From NCBI GenBank assembly GCA_947853665.1, contig CANTXF010000034.1, positions 34,805 to 98,804 on the forward strand: 64,000 bases of DNA. Reading direction: 5' to 3'. Position numbers and translations under genes: made by a program. Below are positions 59,906 through 64,000 of this stretch, in pieces; position 1 is the stretch's first letter; each line of letters begins with the position of its first letter. Origin of the DNA: an uncultured Deferribacterales bacterium. Its GTDB lineage: Bacteria > Chrysiogenota > Deferribacteres > Deferribacterales > Mucispirillaceae. Below the pieces are notes generated by a model, which was given only the letters and a program-made list of their open reading frames with translations, had not been told where the DNA came from and made no database searches.

Positions 59906-59937
59906 TTGTCAACTTAAAAATATTTTAAGGTTTACAA
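59906..59937. promoter_or_regulatory. candidate BirA operator (bioO): TTGTCAAC-N15-GGTTTACAA
   Basis: Inverted half-sites resembling TTGTAAACC...GGTTTACAA, 50-80 bp upstream of birA. Confidence 0.5.
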
Positions 59938-61647
59938 TTAAACCAGAGAGCCGCCTTTTGAGCCGTATTTTATTATACCCTCAGCGCAGCGGTAAGACAA
60001 TGCTCCCACGGTACCCGTAGGGTTTCTGCCGCTGTTATGCGGAAAATTGCCCGCCCCTATCACGAAGAGGTTATCCATATCCCAGTGCTGAGCGTAAGTA
60101 TTTACCACGCTTCCGCCCGGCTCCGCGCCCATTATAGTGCCTCCGGTATTATGGGTAGTCTGGTAGGGCACTATGTTGTAATTCCTGGAATCCGGCTTGG
60201 AGCTGACGGATTTGGCCCCCATAGCTCTGACAATGGCTTCGGTCTTGCTGGTGATAAAACGGAACAGAGCCCTGTCCTGGTCGGTAAAGTTATAAGTCAT
60301 ACGCAGAAGCGGCAGGCCGTAGGCGTCCTTATAGGTATCGTCAAGCGACAGATAGTTTTCCTTATGGGGCATGGACGCGCCCTGAGCGCTTACGGAAAGG
60401 GAGCGGTTAAAATTATACAGAGACGCTTCCTTAAATTTCGCTCCCCAGCCCGGCGTGCCTGCCGGAACAGCGTTGGATTCTATGGGCCTTTTGCCTGTCT
60501 GAAGAAGGGATATAAGAGCTCCGTGGATAAAATCCAGGTTGCTGTGGTCGAAATAGTCGGCGTTATAATCGTCTATTCCTATACCCAGGGCTCCGGCTCC
60601 GGCAAAAACGTTCATTTCCTTATCGAAAAAGCCGGTGGTGGCGGGAGTTATCTGGTAGCAGTAGTTTTTGCCCAGAGTGCCGCGGCCGGTGGCGGGGTTG
60701 TACTGCTCCCCTATTCCGGATACCATAAGCAGCTTGGCGTTATTCATAACGAAGCTGCTTAATACCACTATTTCCGCAGGCTGTATATATTCCTCCATAG
60801 TAAGAGTGTCTATATAGCGGAGGCCCGTCGCTTTACCGCCTTTTTTAAGCACTTCCACGACGTTGCAGTTGCAGCGCAGCTCGTAGCGCCCCGTTTTTAA
60901 AGCGGTGGGGATAACCGTGTTTACCGGGCTTGCTTTGGAGTTGTATTCGCAGCCGAAGCGCTCGCAGTAGCCGCAGTACTGGCAGGGGTTAAGCCTTTCC
61001 CCGTCCGGGTTTACGTATGGCTCCGACGCTATGGCTGCGGGAAGGATATACGGATGGCATTTAAGACTTTTGGCGGCCGAGCCAAATTTTTGCAGAATAG
61101 GAGTATCCGCAAGAGGCGGCAGAGGGTAAGGGTTTGCCCTTTTGCCTTCCATGGGATTGGAATCGCTGCCGGACACGGCGGTTATTTTTTCAAACCTGTC
61201 GTAATAAGGCTCCAGCTCGTCGTAGGTAAGGCCCCAGTCCCTTATAAGGTAATCTTTTGATAATTTATTGCCGTAACGTTTTTCCGTCATGGTTTTTATT
61301 TCAAAATCATAGGGAAAGAAACGGAACTCCATACCGTTCCAGTGAACGCCCGACCCGCCCAGGCCGTCTCCCAGCAGGAAGGAGCCAAGCCGCCTCATGG
61401 GGAGCGCTTTCATGCTCCTGTCGTTTCTGAAGGTAACAGTCTCCTTCGATAAATCCTGCATAAGGCCGTAATTTACCGCGTAGCGCCATTCGTCGTGTAT
61501 TTCCTGAAAATCCGCCAGCCCTCTTTTCTCGCCCCTTTCAAGGCCGACCACGCTAAGGCCCGCTTTCGCACATTCGGCGGCCACTATGCCTCCGGCAAAA
61601 CCCACGCCCGCCGTAACCACGTCAACCTTTTTCAATACTTTAGCCAT
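59938..61647 (-). CDS. GMC-family FAD oxidoreductase (gluconate 2-dehydrogenase flavoprotein-subunit-like)
   Basis: N-terminal FAD-binding GxGxxG motif (VVTAGVGFAGGIVAAE) and GMC C-terminal motifs. Confidence 0.75.
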   Translation of the reverse strand: MAKVLKKVDVVTAGVGFAGGIVAAECAKAGLSVVGLERGEKRGLADFQEIHDEWRYAVNYGLMQDLSKETVTFRNDRSMKALPMRRLGSFLLGDGLGGSGVHWNGMEFRFFPYDFEIKTMTEKRYGNKLSKDYLIRDWGLTYDELEPYYDRFEKITAVSGSDSNPMEGKRANPYPLPPLADTPILQKFGSAAKSLKCHPYILPAAIASEPYVNPDGERLNPCQYCGYCERFGCEYNSKASPVNTVIPTALKTGRYELRCNCNVVEVLKKGGKATGLRYIDTLTMEEYIQPAEIVVLSSFVMNNAKLLMVSGIGEQYNPATGRGTLGKNYCYQITPATTGFFDKEMNVFAGAGALGIGIDDYNADYFDHSNLDFIHGALISLLQTGKRPIESNAVPAGTPGWGAKFKEASLYNFNRSLSVSAQGASMPHKENYLSLDDTYKDAYGLPLLRMTYNFTDQDRALFRFITSKTEAIVRAMGAKSVSSKPDSRNYNIVPYQTTHNTGGTIMGAEPGGSVVNTYAQHWDMDNLFVIGAGNFPHNSGRNPTGTVGALSYRCAEGIIKYGSKGGSLV

Positions 61648-61658
61648 TATTCACACTC

Positions 61659-62390
61659 CTATTGCATATCGGCGAGAGACATAGGTTCGATTTCCTGAAA
61701 CTCAGCGTCTTTTATTATGGCCTTGTAAGACATTTGAGCGCCGGGATACCGCTTCATTATCCAGCCCTGCATATCGTTATTGCCGCTGTATATGGGGTCT
61801 GCGTAAACCCCGGCAAGCACGGCGGATTTCAGAAGGCCGAAAAACCAGGCCGACGACACTCCGTCAAAATCCGCCTTGCCCGCTTCAAAAACTCTGAGCA
61901 CGTCGTCCTTCTGGCTGTCGGTCAAATCGGGAAAGTCGCTTTTATAGCGTGTGTTGGCCTCCCGGTTTAGAGCGGCTATGCCGCGGCGGAAAACGTCCCT
62001 TCTGACCATCGCACCCTGATAGCCCTGCGTAGGAGCGCCTTTATAATAAGGCCCCATCGTGTATTCCCTTGCGTTATAGCCGAATCCGGCCGCAAGCTGA
62101 TTGTCGATAAAATACGGCACCGCAAGCTCGATAGCCCCGGGACCGTTTTTATCCTTAGGAAAAATACGTTCCGCCGCCTCGGAAATCGTCTGGAATTCAA
62201 GACTGTCGGTAAAAAACATTCTGCCGCGGAAAGGTCCGCAGGTCTTTTCCCCATTGGAGTCGTGAGCCGCGTCCGCCGCCGCTCCGGCCGCTCCCGCGGC
62301 AAGTATTCCGCCCCCGGCGATGATAAAGCCTGCGGCGGCGCCGGTTCCTTTAAGGAAACCGCGGCGGGATAAATCAGTTTTTTCAGGCAT
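61659..62390 (-). CDS. Tat-secreted small subunit (gluconate 2-dehydrogenase subunit 3-like) partner of the GMC oxidoreductase
   Basis: Twin-arginine signal SRRGFLKGTGAAA. AAGGAGG RBS. Confidence 0.6.
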   Translation of the reverse strand: MPEKTDLSRRGFLKGTGAAAGFIIAGGGILAAGAAGAAADAAHDSNGEKTCGPFRGRMFFTDSLEFQTISEAAERIFPKDKNGPGAIELAVPYFIDNQLAAGFGYNAREYTMGPYYKGAPTQGYQGAMVRRDVFRRGIAALNREANTRYKSDFPDLTDSQKDDVLRVFEAGKADFDGVSSAWFFGLLKSAVLAGVYADPIYSGNNDMQGWIMKRYPGAQMSYKAIIKDAEFQEIEPMSLADMQ

Positions 62391-62577
62391 AATATTACCT
62401 CCTTATGAAAAATACCGGCCGGAAAAACCGGATTTTTCAGATAAATAATGCGTCAAAATAAAGATTAAGCTCTTAAACCCGTTTAGGACAACAATAAGTT
62501 GCGCCCTATAAAAAAGCCTTTTAACTAAAATAAAAAATATAAAACCGGCCCAGAAGCGCAAACAGCGGGAAAGTATA

Positions 62578-63834
62578 TCAGGAACGTTTCTGTATCTCGC
62601 CCACCCACGTGCATATAAGGTTCACCGTGCCCCTGAATCCTACGAAAGGAGCGTCGTAGGGACATATACTCCATAAGCCGTGAGGATGGGACAATAAAAG
62701 CCCCTGATCCCTTCCGGAAGCCGCAAGCACGTCTCCTGAAGCCATCAAAACGTCTCCAGTCAAATCAGGCAGCAGATTTTCCCACTCCGCCTCGGAAAGA
62801 AAAGGGATCTCCCTGCTGGAACCTCCCGAATCCACGCACCAGAAGCGGCCCTTTTCAAAGCCAAGCTCATCGGCAAAAGACGCTATTCCTCCCACTACGT
62901 CGGAATGGGAGGACGCGGAAAGCCGCAGCGGAGCGCTGCCGTAAAATTTCGTACGGCGGTATAATTTATGAAACATATCGTAATTACGGTCGCATTCCGC
63001 GTACTCGTCGGCCAGAAAGCCCCCGTCGGGCGACGCTCCGATAAAATCTCCCAAAGAGCGTATCCACTCCATGGTACCTTTTAAACCGTACGGCCTCCCG
63101 AAATAATACGGCACTCCGAATTTTTCTTCAAGATATTCAGCGGCGGCAAGGCCTTCTTTTCTGATTACGATATTTAAAGACGCGCCGCCCATTTTTTTTA
63201 TATCGTCCACGGAAGCGGAAGATGTGAGAATACAGCCCGGCTCCATGTGAAACGCTCCGCGCATTATGCGGACGATTTCCTCCGCGTCGGCATAAAAACG
63301 GACGAAATCGGCGCACGAACCTATTATATTGTAAGAGCGGCTTTTCTCTCCCGGCCCGGCAAGTCTGCGGGCCAGAGTCAGGAGGGTCTCCTCAACGCCC
63401 TTGTTCAATGCGGTCGTAAGACCGCTGAAATTAAAGTCTATTATATCCGTTCCAGGATACGCCGGCCTTAATTCCTCCGCAAGAGCCGCAAAATCCGTGC
63501 CTATTATTTCCGGTACGGCGGACGGCAAAAGAAATACGGCCTGCGCGCAGCTGTTTTTTAAAATATAATCGACGGAAGCTTTTACCCGTTCCACTCCGCC
63601 CAGAGTTATATCTATATCGTCTATATGGGTGGAAAACATGCCGCACGTCCTGCATATGCCGGCTTTTTCAAGAGTTATACGGGCGTCGACCATATGGCCC
63701 ATGGCGCCGAACTCCAATACGGCGGCATTTTTGATAGTGGAGAGCGTCCATAAAGCTCCCATACTGCCGGAAGGCTCCGGTCTGTGTTTATAAAGTCCCA
63801 TAAGAATCCCCCGCGCACCTGATAAGCATATCAA
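62578..63834 (-). CDS. nitrogenase component-1-type oxidoreductase family protein (Oxidored_nitro, NifD/K/E/N-like)
   Basis: Overall Cys/Gly pattern and the NifD/K-like alpha/beta domain layout, recognised from memory. Start uncertain. Confidence 0.5.
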   Translation of the reverse strand: MICLSGARGILMGLYKHRPEPSGSMGALWTLSTIKNAAVLEFGAMGHMVDARITLEKAGICRTCGMFSTHIDDIDITLGGVERVKASVDYILKNSCAQAVFLLPSAVPEIIGTDFAALAEELRPAYPGTDIIDFNFSGLTTALNKGVEETLLTLARRLAGPGEKSRSYNIIGSCADFVRFYADAEEIVRIMRGAFHMEPGCILTSSASVDDIKKMGGASLNIVIRKEGLAAAEYLEEKFGVPYYFGRPYGLKGTMEWIRSLGDFIGASPDGGFLADEYAECDRNYDMFHKLYRRTKFYGSAPLRLSASSHSDVVGGIASFADELGFEKGRFWCVDSGGSSREIPFLSEAEWENLLPDLTGDVLMASGDVLAASGRDQGLLLSHPHGLWSICPYDAPFVGFRGTVNLICTWVGEIQKRS

Positions 63835-64000
63835 GCAGCTCTTCCGTCCTTGAGTATTCGTATTTGAGAAGGATATCCGACATATCCTGCATACACGGCC
63901 TGCCGCCGGATATATATTTGAACTTTCCCACGCAGATATGAAAAGGAAGATCGTTTAATATCTCAGCGTCCGCCTTTTCGTTTACCATGTGGCAAACGTA
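63788..64000 (-). CDS. C-terminal fragment of an upstream gene that continues beyond the window end (likely the partner of the nitrogenase-like protein)
   Basis: Open reading frame runs to the window edge and overlaps the start of the downstream gene. Confidence 0.3.
   Translation of the reverse strand, partial: YVCHMVNEKADAEILNDLPFHICVGKFKYISGGRPCMQDMSDILLKYEYSRTEELLDMLIRCAGDSYGTL

Overview
This 64 kb window is a chromosomal segment of roughly 50-55% GC from a diderm bacterium, probably a flagellated anaerobe. The diderm call rests on the LptF/G permease, HflKC, a CsgG-like lipoprotein and many lipoboxes. The anaerobe guess rests on type III glutamine synthetase, a nitrogenase-like oxidoreductase and a sigma-54-rich regulatory repertoire. 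Coding density is high and most genes are recognisable housekeeping or envelope functions. I found no rRNA, tRNA, CRISPR array or transposase/integrase.

Recognisable housekeeping and envelope genes:
- hflK/hflC, an EF-G paralog, HU and a MerR-like HTH protein
- flagellar fliD (941 aa) and fliS
- leuB and proC
- a udg-gmk-rpoZ-coaBC-yicC neighbourhood
- carB and a ZIP zinc transporter
- a compact birA-bioY-bioB-bioD-bioA biotin operon
- a GMC oxidoreductase pair and a nitrogenase-like oxidoreductase at the 3' edge

Four things stand out:

1. Two sigma-54 two-component systems. One sits immediately upstream of a perfect TGGCAC-N5-TTGC promoter that drives a secreted, internally duplicated bicupin. 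The other sits beside type III glutamine synthetase.

2. An 11-gene, roughly 9.2 kb minus-strand unit (udg to proC). Its core is a CsgG-like lipoprotein, a FlgT-like secreted protein, three tandem LPP20/FlgP-like lipoproteins and an unannotated 55-aa lipoprotein. I read this as a candidate flagellar H-ring/basal-disk-like or other outer-membrane lipoprotein complex.

3. A roughly 4.2 kb AT-patchy accessory island (38.0-42.2 kb) bounded by a perfect 18-bp inverted repeat with extended imperfect matches. It carries an orphan addiction-module antidote-like protein, an XRE-S24 (CI/LexA-like) repressor, a Sel1-repeat protein and small secreted proteins. It has no recombinase or transposase. This is the strongest candidate for an undescribed mobile or accessory system in the window.

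4. A standalone TrpF-like protein with an unknown N-terminal domain.

All calls are from reading the sequence and from domain knowledge. No database searches were run.
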